DNA from: an uncultured Actinomycetes bacterium
Lineage (GTDB): Bacteria > Actinomycetota > Thermoleophilia > UBA2241
NCBI GenBank assembly: GCA_963725665.1
Contig: CAVRZA010000004.1
Coordinates: forward strand, 192,001 to 256,000
Length of the DNA: 64,000 nucleotides
Direction: 5' to 3'
The translations under genes and the position numbers were made by a program. The notes under the pieces were generated by a model, which was given only the letters and a program-made list of their open reading frames with translations, was not told where the DNA came from and did not search any database. Positions 38,639-48,490 of this stretch are shown here, in pieces. Positions within the stretch are counted from its first letter, which is position 1. Every line of letters begins with the position of its first letter.

Positions 38639-40615
38639 ATGACCAGCGACCTCACGCCGGTGGCCCCGCTGGCGGCCCGCGTCGTGCGCTGGGGCAAGTT
38701 CTGGGCACTCGAGCCGCTGTTCGCCGACGAGCGCCACTACCTTCTGGCCAAGGGCGGTCGACGGCCGCGCCTCGGCGACCTCGTGCTCGCCGTCCCGGTC
38801 AAGCACAACCGCGTGCGCATCGTGGAGGTCCTGGGCGACGGCAACGACGTGCGCGCGGTGCTGCGCGCCCTGCTCTACGCGGAAGGTGTGCCGCAGGGCT
38901 TCCCACAAGCGGTGCTCGACGAGGCGGCGGCCGTCGTCGGCCGCCGAGAGCGGCGCGACGACGGCCGCGTCGACCTGACCGGCCTGCGCACCTTCACGAT
39001 CGACCCTGAGACGGCCACGGACTTCGACGACGCCATCTCGGTCGCGCGCGACGGCGACGCCTATCGCGCCTGGGTGCACATCGCCGACGTCTCCTACTAC
39101 GTCGACGGCGACGGAGCGATCGACGTCGAGGCGCGGCGTCGCACGGCCAGCGTCTACCTGCCGCTCTGGGCCGAGCCCATGCTGCCCGAAGCCCTCTCGT
39201 CCGACGTCTGCAGCCTCAAGCCCGACGAGCCGCGCAAGTGCGTCACGGCGGAGTTCCTCTTCTCGGCCAAGGGCGAGCGGCTCTCGATCGAGTTCTATCG
39301 CTCGCTGGTCAAGAGCGATCGCCGCCTGACGTACGGGTTCGTCGACGAGGAACTCGGCCACGGGGAGGACGGCGCGGCCGAAGGCGCCGGCGGCCGCGGC
39401 GAGGCGATCGCCGGCACCGCGGCCGCGCCCGCCCCGGTCGCCGTGCCGCCGCCCCTCGCCCCGGCGCTCGCCGCCGACCTGCGCCTCGCTCACGAGCTTG
39501 CCGAGACGCTGCGCGCCAGGCGCTTCGCACGCGGGGCGCTGCAGATCGGCTCGTTCGAGCCCGAGTACAGCTTCGATGAACGCGGCGAGCTCGTCGGGGC
39601 GCGCCAGCGCTACGACAGCGTCTCGCACCAGCTCGTCGAGGAGTTCATGCTGGCCGCCAACGAGGCCGTCGCCGGCTTCCTCGTGCAACAGCGGGCGGAG
39701 GGGATCTATCGTGTGCACGAGCCGCCCGAGGCGCGCAAGGCCGAGGGCCTGCTCGACATGATGGAGGACCTAGGGGTGCAGACGCCACCCCTGCCGGGCG
39801 ATGAGACGGCGACCGCGGCCCAGATCGCGGGCGCTCTGCGACGCCTCTCAGACACGCTGCCCAAGGTGAGCGCCCGCGAGGGCCGCGGTCGCCTCGCTTT
39901 TCCGCAGCTCCTGCTGCGCTCGCTCAAGCAGGCCTACTACGGGCCTGACAACCTGGGACACTTCGGCCTCGCCGTCTCGGCCTACCTGCACTTCACATCG
40001 CCGATCCGGCGGTATCCGGACCTCGTCGTCCACCGCGCCCTGCTGCACCGGCTCGGCCTGGGAGGCGAGGAACTCGGTGAGGCCGAGCTCTCCGACGTCG
40101 CCGCCACCTGCTCCGTCGCCGAGCGCAAGATCGCCAAGCTCGAGCTGCGGGCCGACGACATCGCCCTCGCCTTCATCCTCGAGCGCAGCCTGTACGAGAG
40201 GGGTTGGGAGAGCGCCTTGAGCGGCGAGATCGTCGGTGTCATCGAGTCGGGCATCTTCGTGCATTTCGGCGCCGCGTTCGAGGGCTTCCTGCCGGCGCGC
40301 AATTTGCCCGACGACTACTTCGCCGAGAACCTCCTCGGCACGGCACTCGTCGGCCGCCGTACGCAACACCGCTACCGCCTCGGGGACCCCGTCTCGGTGC
40401 AGGTGGTGCGCATCGACAGGGTCACGGGCAAGGTGGAGCTGGCCCTGGCCGCAAGCGATGAGGTCTCCCCGTCGCCACGCACCGGCGGCGGGCGGCAGGG
40501 AGCTACGCCCTCGCGCGAGACCCCCGGGTCGCCGCCGAGCGGCGGCTCGGCACGCGCGCGCTCGCGACGGCACGGCCCAGGGCGTCACTTGACCGGCCCT
40601 TCGCGCCGGCGATAG
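38639..40615 (+). CDS. rnr: Ribonuclease R / RNB family 3'-5' exoribonuclease
   Basis: TIDPETATDFDDA, EEFMLAAN, HFTSPIRRYPDL, S1 domain; upstream of smpB. Confidence 0.92.
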   Translation: MTSDLTPVAPLAARVVRWGKFWALEPLFADERHYLLAKGGRRPRLGDLVLAVPVKHNRVRIVEVLGDGNDVRAVLRALLYAEGVPQGFPQAVLDEAAAVVGRRERRDDGRVDLTGLRTFTIDPETATDFDDAISVARDGDAYRAWVHIADVSYYVDGDGAIDVEARRRTASVYLPLWAEPMLPEALSSDVCSLKPDEPRKCVTAEFLFSAKGERLSIEFYRSLVKSDRRLTYGFVDEELGHGEDGAAEGAGGRGEAIAGTAAAPAPVAVPPPLAPALAADLRLAHELAETLRARRFARGALQIGSFEPEYSFDERGELVGARQRYDSVSHQLVEEFMLAANEAVAGFLVQQRAEGIYRVHEPPEARKAEGLLDMMEDLGVQTPPLPGDETATAAQIAGALRRLSDTLPKVSAREGRGRLAFPQLLLRSLKQAYYGPDNLGHFGLAVSAYLHFTSPIRRYPDLVVHRALLHRLGLGGEELGEAELSDVAATCSVAERKIAKLELRADDIALAFILERSLYERGWESALSGEIVGVIESGIFVHFGAAFEGFLPARNLPDDYFAENLLGTALVGRRTQHRYRLGDPVSVQVVRIDRVTGKVELALAASDEVSPSPRTGGGRQGATPSRETPGSPPSGGSARARSRRHGPGRHLTGPSRRR

Positions 40616-40624
40616 CGTCGAGGC

Positions 40625-41140
40625 ATGACTCGCGATGTAGGCAGATCGCCTCGAGGAGGGGCCTCGGGCGGGGAGGGCACGAAGCTCGTCGCCAGCAACC
40701 GCAAGGCCTTCCACGACTTCTTCATCGACGAGACCTACGAGGCCGGCATCGCGCTAGTCGGCACCGAGGTCAAGTCTCTGCGCGAGGGGCGCATCAACCT
40801 GCGCGACAGCTACGCCGAGGTCAGGGACGGCGAGCTCTACCTGGTCGGCGTGCACATAAGCCCGTACACGCAAGGGAACATCTGGAACCACGACCCCCTG
40901 CGGCGGCGCAAGCTGCTGCTGCACAAGGACGAGATCAGGCGGCTGACCGGCAAGGTGAACGAGCGCGGCTACACCATCGTACCCACGCGGGTCTACTTCA
41001 AAGGGGGTCGCGCCAAGGTCGAGATCGGCTTGGCGCGCGGCAAGCGCCTGTACGACAAGCGGTCCGACTTGGCGAAGCGGGAGGCGGACCGCGAGGTGGA
41101 GCGTGAGTTCCGCCGCCGCCAGACGGGTCGCGATGAGTAG
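40625..41140 (+). CDS. smpB: SsrA-binding protein
   Basis: [38 protein letters not shown]. Confidence 0.97.
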   Translation: MTRDVGRSPRGGASGGEGTKLVASNRKAFHDFFIDETYEAGIALVGTEVKSLREGRINLRDSYAEVRDGELYLVGVHISPYTQGNIWNHDPLRRRKLLLHKDEIRRLTGKVNERGYTIVPTRVYFKGGRAKVEIGLARGKRLYDKRSDLAKREADREVEREFRRRQTGRDE

Positions 41141-41201
41141 AAAGCGCGGCGATGAGTAGGAAGCGCGGGGAGGATCCCGCGAGCGCAGGGAAGGGGGAGC
41201 G

Positions 41202-41501
41202 ATGAGTGAGGCAGAGGCGCGACGGCTGAGCGACGAGGAGATCCAGGCGGCGCTCGATGGTCTCTCCGACTGGGGCAGTGAGGGCGACGCCGTCGTCAGG
41301 ACGTACCGGCTGAAGGATTTCGCCACCGCGATGAACTTCGTCAACGCGGTGGCCGAGCTGGCCGAGGCGGCCCGGCATCACCCCGACATCGACATCCGCT
41401 ACAACAGGGTCAGGATCGCCCTCTCGACGCACACCGCCGGCGGTGTCACGCGGCGCGACATCGAGCTCGCCGAGGGCATCGACGGCCTGCACGCCGGCTG
41501 A
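41202..41501 (+). CDS. Pterin-4-alpha-carbinolamine dehydratase
   Basis: AEAARHHPDI, LSTHTAGGVTRRDIELA. Confidence 0.92.
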   Translation: MSEAEARRLSDEEIQAALDGLSDWGSEGDAVVRTYRLKDFATAMNFVNAVAELAEAARHHPDIDIRYNRVRIALSTHTAGGVTRRDIELAEGIDGLHAG

Positions 41502-41567
41502 CGGGGCGCGCGGGCGGCGGCGCGGGCGCCAATGGCGCCCGCGCCGCCGCCCGCGCGCCCCGTCAGC
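41497..41567. repeat. Perfect 71-nt palindrome (35-bp arms, 1-nt centre)
   Basis: gctgacggggcgcgcgggcggcggcgcgggcgcca-a-tggcgcccgcgccgccgcccgcgcgccccgtcagc. Confidence 0.9.
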
Positions 41568-41623
41568 GCGCACGCCGCGCGAGAGCCGGGGCCGCGCCCG
41601 GCCGTGCTACACTACCCGTCCGT

Positions 41624-41700
41624 GCCCTCGTAGCTCAGGGGATTAGAGCGCGCGCCTCCGGAGCGCGAGGTCGCAGGTTCGAATCCTGCCGGGGGCACCA
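41624..41700 (+). tRNA. tRNA-Arg(CCG)
   Basis: GCCCTCG/CGGGGGC acceptor stem, D arm GCTC/GAGC, anticodon loop CT-CCG-GA, GGTTCGAATCC, encoded CCA; extended -10 TGCTACACT upstream. Confidence 0.96.
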
Positions 41701-41792
41701 CGCATCCCCATCGCAGACTGTTCCTGACTGGCCGCCTCGCTCGCCGCTCGAAGCCGCCGCCCCCGCCAGAGCCTCGACCGGGGCACCCTCCG

Positions 41793-42479
41793 TCATGTCG
41801 GACTGGGTCTGCGCCCGGCGAGATGCGTGACGAGGATGTATGCGCTGACCATGAACACCCACGCGGGGAAGACCAGGACGACCCACGAGGACTGCGTGAA
41901 GATGAAGAGCAGGACGAGCGCCAGACCGTAGCTGAGCAGCGCCATCCAGCGCGGCATCACCCCCGTTCGCAGCCAGAGCGTGGCCTGCGAGATCAGGAAC
42001 ACGGCGGCCATGCGCAGGGCGTAGACGCTGAAGATCTGTGCAACCACCATGCGGGCGTAGACGTAGGTGGTGCTGTTGGCGAATTCCGACGGGTTCCTTG
42101 TGTAGACGGCGACGATGGCGGCGGCCGTTGCCGCGGCCGCGAACGTCATCGCCAGGAAGAGGAGCCCGCTGCCGAGGAACACGGTGGCGAAGAACTGGTC
42201 CTCGAAACGGCCCAGACGCTCGCGCGCGACGGCGATGAACCACAAGAAGAAGATTCCGGCGAACGGCACGAGAGCGACGGCGAACTTGAGCCTTCCCGTT
42301 CCTGTGTGGAGCGACGCGCCGGCGTCGTGCGATAGAGCGGGCATGCTGGTGGAGATGATCGAGACGCTGATGCTGAACAGCACGGCGAAGAGGATGCCCG
42401 CGATGGCGCCGGCGATCGGCGTCGTCGCCCGGCGCTCGACGTTGATGGGCCTCGTGCTCTGGTCCGCGGATCCGTTCAT
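41793..42479 (-). CDS. Integral membrane hypothetical protein
   Basis: About 6 TM segments; PFAGIFFLWFIAVARERLG..EDQFFATVFLGSG. Confidence 0.75.
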   Translation of the reverse strand: MNGSADQSTRPINVERRATTPIAGAIAGILFAVLFSISVSIISTSMPALSHDAGASLHTGTGRLKFAVALVPFAGIFFLWFIAVARERLGRFEDQFFATVFLGSGLLFLAMTFAAAATAAAIVAVYTRNPSEFANSTTYVYARMVVAQIFSVYALRMAAVFLISQATLWLRTGVMPRWMALLSYGLALVLLFIFTQSSWVVLVFPAWVFMVSAYILVTHLAGRRPSPT

Positions 42480-42612
42480 ATGGCCTCCGTTGGGACGGCG
42501 ATGGCTTGCCGGCATCATCTCACAGGTGTCGCGCCTCGGGACGATACTCAGAGCTCGACGGCGGTTGTCTTGAGGACGTTGCGTCGTCGGGGCTGCGGTA
42601 GCATTCACCGCT

Positions 42613-43533
42613 GTGGATGACCGCCGCCCCCCGCTCGCCGCCTACGCCGCCCTGCTCGGCACCACCACGGCGTTCGGCTTCTCGTTCGTGGCCACGAAGT
42701 TCGCGCTGCGCGGTTTCGAGCCCCTCTTGATCGCGCTCCTGCGCTTCACGCTCGCCGGCGCGATCCTTTACGTGCTCTGGCGTCTGCGCGGCGGGCGGGA
42801 GCGTCTCACGCGTCGCGAGCTGGCGCGACTCGCGGCGCTCGGATTCGTCTCGCTCACGGTCTACTTCACGTTCGAGAACCTCGGCATCGCGCGCACCAGC
42901 GCCAGCGACGCGGCCATCCTCATCGGCGCCATCCCCATCTTCGTCAGCGTGCTCAACGCCTTCACGTTGCACGAGCACAACAGCGGGGTGCAGTGGACCG
43001 GCATCCTGCTCTCGTTCGCCGGTGTCGTCGCGCTCATTGAGCTGGGCGCCAAGGGCGCCGGCGGCTCTACCCTGCTCGGCAACCTCCTCGTACTGGGTGC
43101 CTCCCTCGCGGCGGCCGTCTACAACGTCGCGGCGCGGCGGCTGCTCGTGACCCGCTCGGCGCTCTTCGTAACCACCTTTCAAAACCTCTTCGGCGCTCTC
43201 TTCATGCTGCCGCTCGCGGTCGGCGAGGCCCTGTTGGTCGGCGTGCGCTCGCCGACCGCGCAGGCCGTAGGCGCCGTCGCCTATCTCGTGCTGGCGTGCT
43301 CGGTGTGCGGCTATCTGCTCCTCAACTACGGTCTGCGCTTCATCGAGGCGAGCAAGGCGAGCGTGTTCATCAACCTCACTCCCGTGGTGGCCGTCGCGGC
43401 CGCCTACGTTCTTCTGGGGGAGCGGTTCACAGCCGGCCAGCTCGTCGCTGCGGTCGTCGTCGTCGTCGGCGTGTGGCTCACGAACCGCGGCGGCCGCGTC
43501 ACGTCGACGGCGGAGGCGGCCCCGCCCGGATGA
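42613..43533 (+). CDS. EamA/DMT family transporter
   Basis: Two EamA repeats; FGFSFVATK, LRF, NLTPVVA, LLGE. Confidence 0.9.
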   Translation: MDDRRPPLAAYAALLGTTTAFGFSFVATKFALRGFEPLLIALLRFTLAGAILYVLWRLRGGRERLTRRELARLAALGFVSLTVYFTFENLGIARTSASDAAILIGAIPIFVSVLNAFTLHEHNSGVQWTGILLSFAGVVALIELGAKGAGGSTLLGNLLVLGASLAAAVYNVAARRLLVTRSALFVTTFQNLFGALFMLPLAVGEALLVGVRSPTAQAVGAVAYLVLACSVCGYLLLNYGLRFIEASKASVFINLTPVVAVAAAYVLLGERFTAGQLVAAVVVVVGVWLTNRGGRVTSTAEAAPPG

Positions 43534-43570
43534 GAGGCGGGTGGCGGGGCGTCGCCGCCCGGCTGGGAGG

Positions 43571-43677
43571 CGGCGGCCCGAGGCATCGGACCGGGCTGAG
43601 ATGAGTCGACGGCCGCCCGAAACGTCGGGCCGGGCTGAGATGAGTTGGCGGCCGCCCAAGGCGTCGGACCCGGCTGA
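43571..43677. repeat. Degenerate 39-bp tandem repeat, about 2.8 copies
   Basis: Units start at 43571, 43610 and 43649; shared core tcggRccgggctgagatgagt (third copy partial and degenerate). Confidence 0.85.
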
Positions 43678-43802
43678 CGCGATCTGCGGCCGCTGAGCCG
43701 GCGCTGTCTCGTCGGGGTACGCTCCCTGCCTCGTCTTCGTAAAGCCCTCCCCCGCTCCGCTCGATAGAGGGAGTGGGCGTCTCAAAGAGGAAGAACGCGA
43801 CG

Positions 43803-45561
43803 ATGAGGACACAGCTGAGGACGAGCGGCAGCACGACGCGACGGGCAACGCTCGTGCTGACGCTCGTCGTGACCCTGACGGCTACGTTGGCGGTGGCCGC
43901 GAGCGGGGCCGGCGCGGCATGGGCCGCGCCGGCCCCGCTCGCGGCCACCGTGATCCCGCAGCACAGCACGACCGGTCCCACGCCGCCGCCTGGAGCCGGT
44001 CGCGCGAGCGGCCGTCTTGCGGGTGGCGCGGCCGGTGAGGTCGTCATCTCGGGCGTGCCGGCCTACCTCTGGCGCGACGGCTGCGGGCCGACCGCCGTCG
44101 GCATGGTTCTCGGCTACTACGACGCTCACGGCTGGGATCCGCTGATCCCCGGAGACGCGACGACGCAGACGGCCGGCGGTCGATCAGGTCATCTCCTCGC
44201 ACGGCTCCGTCTCGGCGCGCGCGGCACCACGAGGACTACGCCGAGCCACTCGACGACCCCGGCACCAACCCCTCGCCGCTGCCCGACATGAGCTCGCTCG
44301 ACCCGAGCGGCGCCCACCTCAGCGACTCGGTCGCCGACTTCATGCACACCTCGTGGAGCGCCGACGACCTCTACTACGGCTGGAGCTGGTCGAACATGAT
44401 CGGTCCGGCCTTCATCGAGCTACGTCGACTCCGTCGCGCCACAGTACGCGCCCTCCACGTCCGACTATGCATGGGCAGCACGCTGACGTGGACACTCGTC
44501 AAGGGCGAGATAGACGCCGGCCGTCCCCTCGTCTTCCTCGTCGACTCGGACGGCGACGGCAACACCGACCACTTCGTGACCGTGATCGGCTATCGTGAGA
44601 GCGGAGGGTATCCCGAGTACGCCTGCTGGGACACGTGGAGCACCAGCAGCGTGCGCTGGGCGACCTTCAGGGCCATGAGCTCGAGCTACACCTGGGGCGT
44701 GTGGAGCGCGACGACGTTCCACCTGGCCGCTCCTGTGACGCTGACCGCGCCCAACGGCGGCGAGGATTGGACCTCGGGCCAGGTGCACACGATCACGTGG
44801 ACCCCCGGCGTCGGCGACGTGAAGCTCGAGGTGTCGCGGGAGGGCGGGCGCCTTCACGACCATCGTCGCCGACACGCCCAACGACGGCAGCTACGACTGG
44901 ACGGTGACGGGGCCGGCCAGCAGCCAGGTCGTGGTGCTGCGTGTCGGCTCTCTCCTTCACCGGCAGCGACGTCTCTGACGCGCCCTTCACGGTCACCGTC
45001 CTACCCGGCGACGTGACCGCACCCACGACGACGGTCAGCGGCGTCGACACGCTCTGGCACCGCACCCCTGTCACGCTCACCTTCACGGCCGCGGACACGG
45101 AGTCCGGCGTCATGCGCACCGAGTACGCCATCGACGGCCTGCCGTCGCAGACGGGCGACCAGGCGGTTGTCTCGGGCCAAGGCGTCCACACCGTCGTCTA
45201 CTACTCGGTCGACAACGCCGGCAACGTGGAGACGCCGGACCACACCTGCACCGTGAAGATCGACGCCCTGGGCCCCAAGACGACCGCCTACGCGGCCTCC
45301 GTCTCTCGCGGTCACGCCGTGACCTTGCGCTATTTCGTCGCCGACCTCACGCCGAGGGCCACGGTGACGCTGCGCATCAAGACGCTCTCCGGCGTCACGC
45401 GCAGGACGATCAGCCTCGGCGCGCACTCGACGAACCGCGCGCTCGGCTATCGCTACGTCTGCAACCTCGCGCGCGGCACCTACCGCTACTACGTCTACGC
45501 TCGCGATCAGGCCGGTAGCGCCCAGCACCGCCTGGGCTACGCGACGTTGCGCGTGCGCTAG
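43803..45561 (+). CDS. Secreted papain-fold (C39-like) peptidase with Ig-like C-terminal domains; several frameshifts
   Basis: Signal peptide, GCGPTAVGMVLGYYD, DHFVTVIGY, WDTW, TAPNGGE, DVTAPTTT...YYSVDNAGNVE; pieces lie in ORFs 43773, 44288 and 44941. Confidence 0.65.
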
Positions 45562-45687
45562 CTACAGCTGGTGGCGCGGCGCGGGTTCCGACAGGCTTGT
45601 GCAGGCACGGGTCGCGACGCGGGGTTTCTGACACTCGGGTGTGAGATCGGACTCGAGCGGGCCGCCGAGGGGCGGGTCCTGAGAGAC

Positions 45688-46140
45688 CTAGAAGTCCATG
45701 GGGAGGATGAGGTCTCCGTCGAGCGCCCTGACGAAGCGTTCGGCCTCTTCCTCGAAATGCAGGCGGGTGAGCTGTTCGGACTGCCGCGCAAGCGCCTCGC
45801 TGCCCTCGTAGAGCACCTTGTTGAAGCGCTCCACGCCCTCCCTGTCGAGCGCGATCGTGCGCTGCGTCTCACAGTTGGGGCAGCGCAGGCTGAGCTCCCA
45901 CGTGGCGCTGCCGGTGCGCTGCCAGTCGGTGGGGTAGACGAGGGGGGAGTGGCAGACGGGACAGACGTTCACCTGGGCTCCACCTTGGACGCACGACTCT
46001 GTTTCCGTCGTCGCTACTTCGGCCTGTGCGGCTACTGCCGCAGGATGGGGCTGCGCGCCGTCATCGTCCTGATCGAAGACGATCATTTCGATGGCCATGC
46101 CGTCGGGAAAGATGAACAGTTCGACGCGGTAGTCGTCCAT
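45688..46140 (-). CDS. Hypothetical protein with Zn-ribbon (CPVC...CPNC)
   Basis: ATG at 46140 after AAGGG; two CxxC motifs; C-terminal LILPMDF. Confidence 0.7.
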   Translation of the reverse strand: MDDYRVELFIFPDGMAIEMIVFDQDDDGAQPHPAAVAAQAEVATTETESCVQGGAQVNVCPVCHSPLVYPTDWQRTGSATWELSLRCPNCETQRTIALDREGVERFNKVLYEGSEALARQSEQLTRLHFEEEAERFVRALDGDLILPMDF

Positions 46141-46192
46141 GTCCCTTGGCCCGTTTCCTCTGCCTCGTACAGTCGAGATGCCTGCAGTCCCT

Positions 46193-46220
46193 GTATCGGT
46201 CGGCTCGAGGTGGGTCTTTA
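46193..46220 (-). promoter_or_regulatory. Sigma28 (FliA/WhiG)-like promoter
   Basis: TAAAG-N15-ACCGATAC on the minus strand. Confidence 0.55.
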
Positions 46221-46321
46221 GGGCTGGGGGGGAGGACGTTCGTCCAGGCGGGGAGGTGAGTGGACAGCCCGCGGAGGCCGGTGGAATACTAGCGCGACCC
46301 CTCGACGAAGCATGAGGTGAC

Positions 46322-47197
46322 ATGTCCTCCGGCCAAGACTCCCAGAAGCTCCAGTCGCTGCCCATCGGTATGTTCGACTCCGGCATCGGCGGCCTCACCG
46401 TCTTGCACCAATGCCTCGTGACCATGCCCAACGAGGACTTCGTGTACTTCGGCGACACGGCTCGGTTTCCCTACGGTGAGAAGACGCAAGGAGAGCTCCA
46501 GGAGTACGCCACACAGATCGCCGCCTTCCTCGAGCGTGTCGGTGTGAAGCTGCTCGTCGCCGCCTGCTACTCGGCCACTGCCGCCGCTCTGCCGACGCTC
46601 CAGGAGCGATTCGCAACGCCCATCCTGGGTGTCGTCATGCCGGGGGCTCGCGCCGCCGTGCAGACGTCGCGCTACCGCCGCATCGGCGTCCTTGCGACCG
46701 AAGCGACGGTGGCCAGCGGCAGTTACCCGCGCGCCATCGCCAGCCTCGACATCGGCGCCGAGGTCCATCAGCGGGCGTGTCCCGGCCTGGCCTCCTTTAT
46801 CCAGGACGGTGACGTGGCGAGCCACGAGGTGATGGATGCCGTGCGCGCCTGTACGGCGCCGCTCAAAGAGCGGCGCGCCGACGTGGTCATCATGGGCTGC
46901 ACCCACTACCCCCTCATCTCCTCCATGCTGCAGCGCTTCTTGGGGCCCGACGTCGCGCTGGTCGACCCCGCCGCCGAGATAGCACGCGAGGTGTCCGAGA
47001 TCCTGCGGCGGCAGGGTATCGAGAGGCGCGAGGAGCGGGAGGGGGACTACTCCTTCTATTGCACCGGCGATCCCGAGTCGTTCCGCAGTGTCGGCTCGCG
47101 TTTCTTGCAGCTTCCCATCGACGAGGTGCGGCGGGTGTCGCTCGCCGACCTCGAGCGGCTGGTCGACGGGGAGATCGACGCCGCAGCGATCCCGTAG
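46322..47197 (+). CDS. murI: Glutamate racemase
   Basis: FDSGIGGLTV, GDTARFPYG, VAACYSAT, GCTHYP. Confidence 0.95.
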   Translation: MSSGQDSQKLQSLPIGMFDSGIGGLTVLHQCLVTMPNEDFVYFGDTARFPYGEKTQGELQEYATQIAAFLERVGVKLLVAACYSATAAALPTLQERFATPILGVVMPGARAAVQTSRYRRIGVLATEATVASGSYPRAIASLDIGAEVHQRACPGLASFIQDGDVASHEVMDAVRACTAPLKERRADVVIMGCTHYPLISSMLQRFLGPDVALVDPAAEIAREVSEILRRQGIERREEREGDYSFYCTGDPESFRSVGSRFLQLPIDEVRRVSLADLERLVDGEIDAAAIP

Positions 47198-47203
47198 GCG
47201 CGC

Positions 47204-47689
47204 ATGGACATGCGCTTCATCGCACGGAGCGGCCTGCTGGCCGCACTCTACGCTGCGTTGACCCTCGCCCCGGGGCTCAACTCGATCGCCTACGGCCAGG
47301 TGCAGTTCCGCGTCTCGGAGGGGCTTCTGCCGCTGGCTACGGTCGATCCGGCCGCCGTGGTCGGTTTGACGCTGGGCACGGCGATCGCCAACACCGCCAG
47401 CCCCATGGGACTGACCGACGTGGTCTTCGGGTCGCTCCTCACGCTCGTCTCCACGCTGCTCATGTACCGGCTCGGCCCGCGGCTGCTGGCCCTGGCCGTG
47501 CCGGTCGTGGTCAACGGTCTCGGCGTGCCCGTCGAGCTCGCCCTGATTCTGCAGCTTCCCTACTGGTACAGTGTGCTGGCGGTCACGGCCGGCGAGGCCG
47601 CCGTCATGTTGACTCTTGGTATCATCGTCCTGAAGGTCGTCCGCAGCGGCGTGCTCTGGCCCTGGGGGCGAGCCCACCCGCGCGGATGA
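47204..47689 (+). CDS. queT: QueT family transporter
   Basis: [32 protein letters not shown]. Confidence 0.85.
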   Translation: MDMRFIARSGLLAALYAALTLAPGLNSIAYGQVQFRVSEGLLPLATVDPAAVVGLTLGTAIANTASPMGLTDVVFGSLLTLVSTLLMYRLGPRLLALAVPVVVNGLGVPVELALILQLPYWYSVLAVTAGEAAVMLTLGIIVLKVVRSGVLWPWGRAHPRG

Positions 47690-47726
47690 CCGCGCCATCC
47701 GATCCGACACGAAGGAGGTCCGTCGC

Positions 47727-48444
47727 TTGAGGACCGGACGCAAGGCCGACGAGCTACGTACCGTTAGGATCACTCCCAACGTCGTCAAGCACGCCGACGG
47801 CTCCGTGCTCATGCAGATCGGCGACACGCACGTGATCTGCACGGCCGTCGTCGTCGACGGCGTCCCACAGTGGCTGCGCAAATCGCAGCGAGGCTGGCTG
47901 ACGGCCGAGTACAGCATGCTGCCGGCGGCCACCTCTGAGCGCAGCATGCGCGAGGCCGTGCGCGGCAAGCAGAGCGGGCGCACGCACGAGATCCAGAGGC
48001 TCATCGGACGCAGCCTGCGGGCGGTGACCGACATGGGCGTGATCGGCGAGCGCACCATCTACATCGACTGCGACGTCGTGCAGGCCGACGGCGGCACGCG
48101 TACGGCGAGCATCTCGGGAGGGTACGCCGCCCTCCACCTTGCCATGGCCAAGCTGCGCGAGCGCGAGCGCCTGACGGAGCTGCCCCTGTTCGACTCGGTG
48201 GCCGCGGTGTCGGTGGGTGTCGTCGACGGCGAGACGTTGCTCGACCTCGACTACGAAGAGGACGCCGCGGCGGCCGTAGACATGAACGTCGTCACGACGG
48301 GGACGGGCAAGCTCATCGAGGTGCAGGCGACGGCCGAGGGCGAGCCGTTCGCGCGCGCCACGCTCGACGACCTTCTGCGAGCTGGCCGCGAAGGGCGTCG
48401 AGCAGATCACGCGCGCGCAGACCGCCCTCGTCATGAGCGAGTGA
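47727..48444 (+). CDS. rph: Ribonuclease PH; +1 frameshift near 48378
   Basis: [43 protein letters not shown]. The canonical C-terminus [14 protein letters not shown]...* is in a shifted frame. Confidence 0.93.
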
Positions 48445-48490
48445 ACCTGGGCGAACGACGTGGGGGAGTGGACCACGTGCGCGTGACCGA

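Noticed and set aside
41141-41620. tmRNA downstream of smpB
   Set aside because: The space is occupied by a dehydratase gene and a palindrome; no tmRNA termini or tag ORF seen.
43571-43677. CRISPR array
   Set aside because: The units are contiguous degenerate repeats with no unique spacers, and there are no cas genes.
41624-45600. Integrative element at tRNA-Arg
   Set aside because: No integrase, no duplicated tRNA 3' end and no compositional shift visible.
47190-47210. preQ1 riboswitch before queT
   Set aside because: Only 6 nt separate murI and queT, and no preQ1 motif is present.
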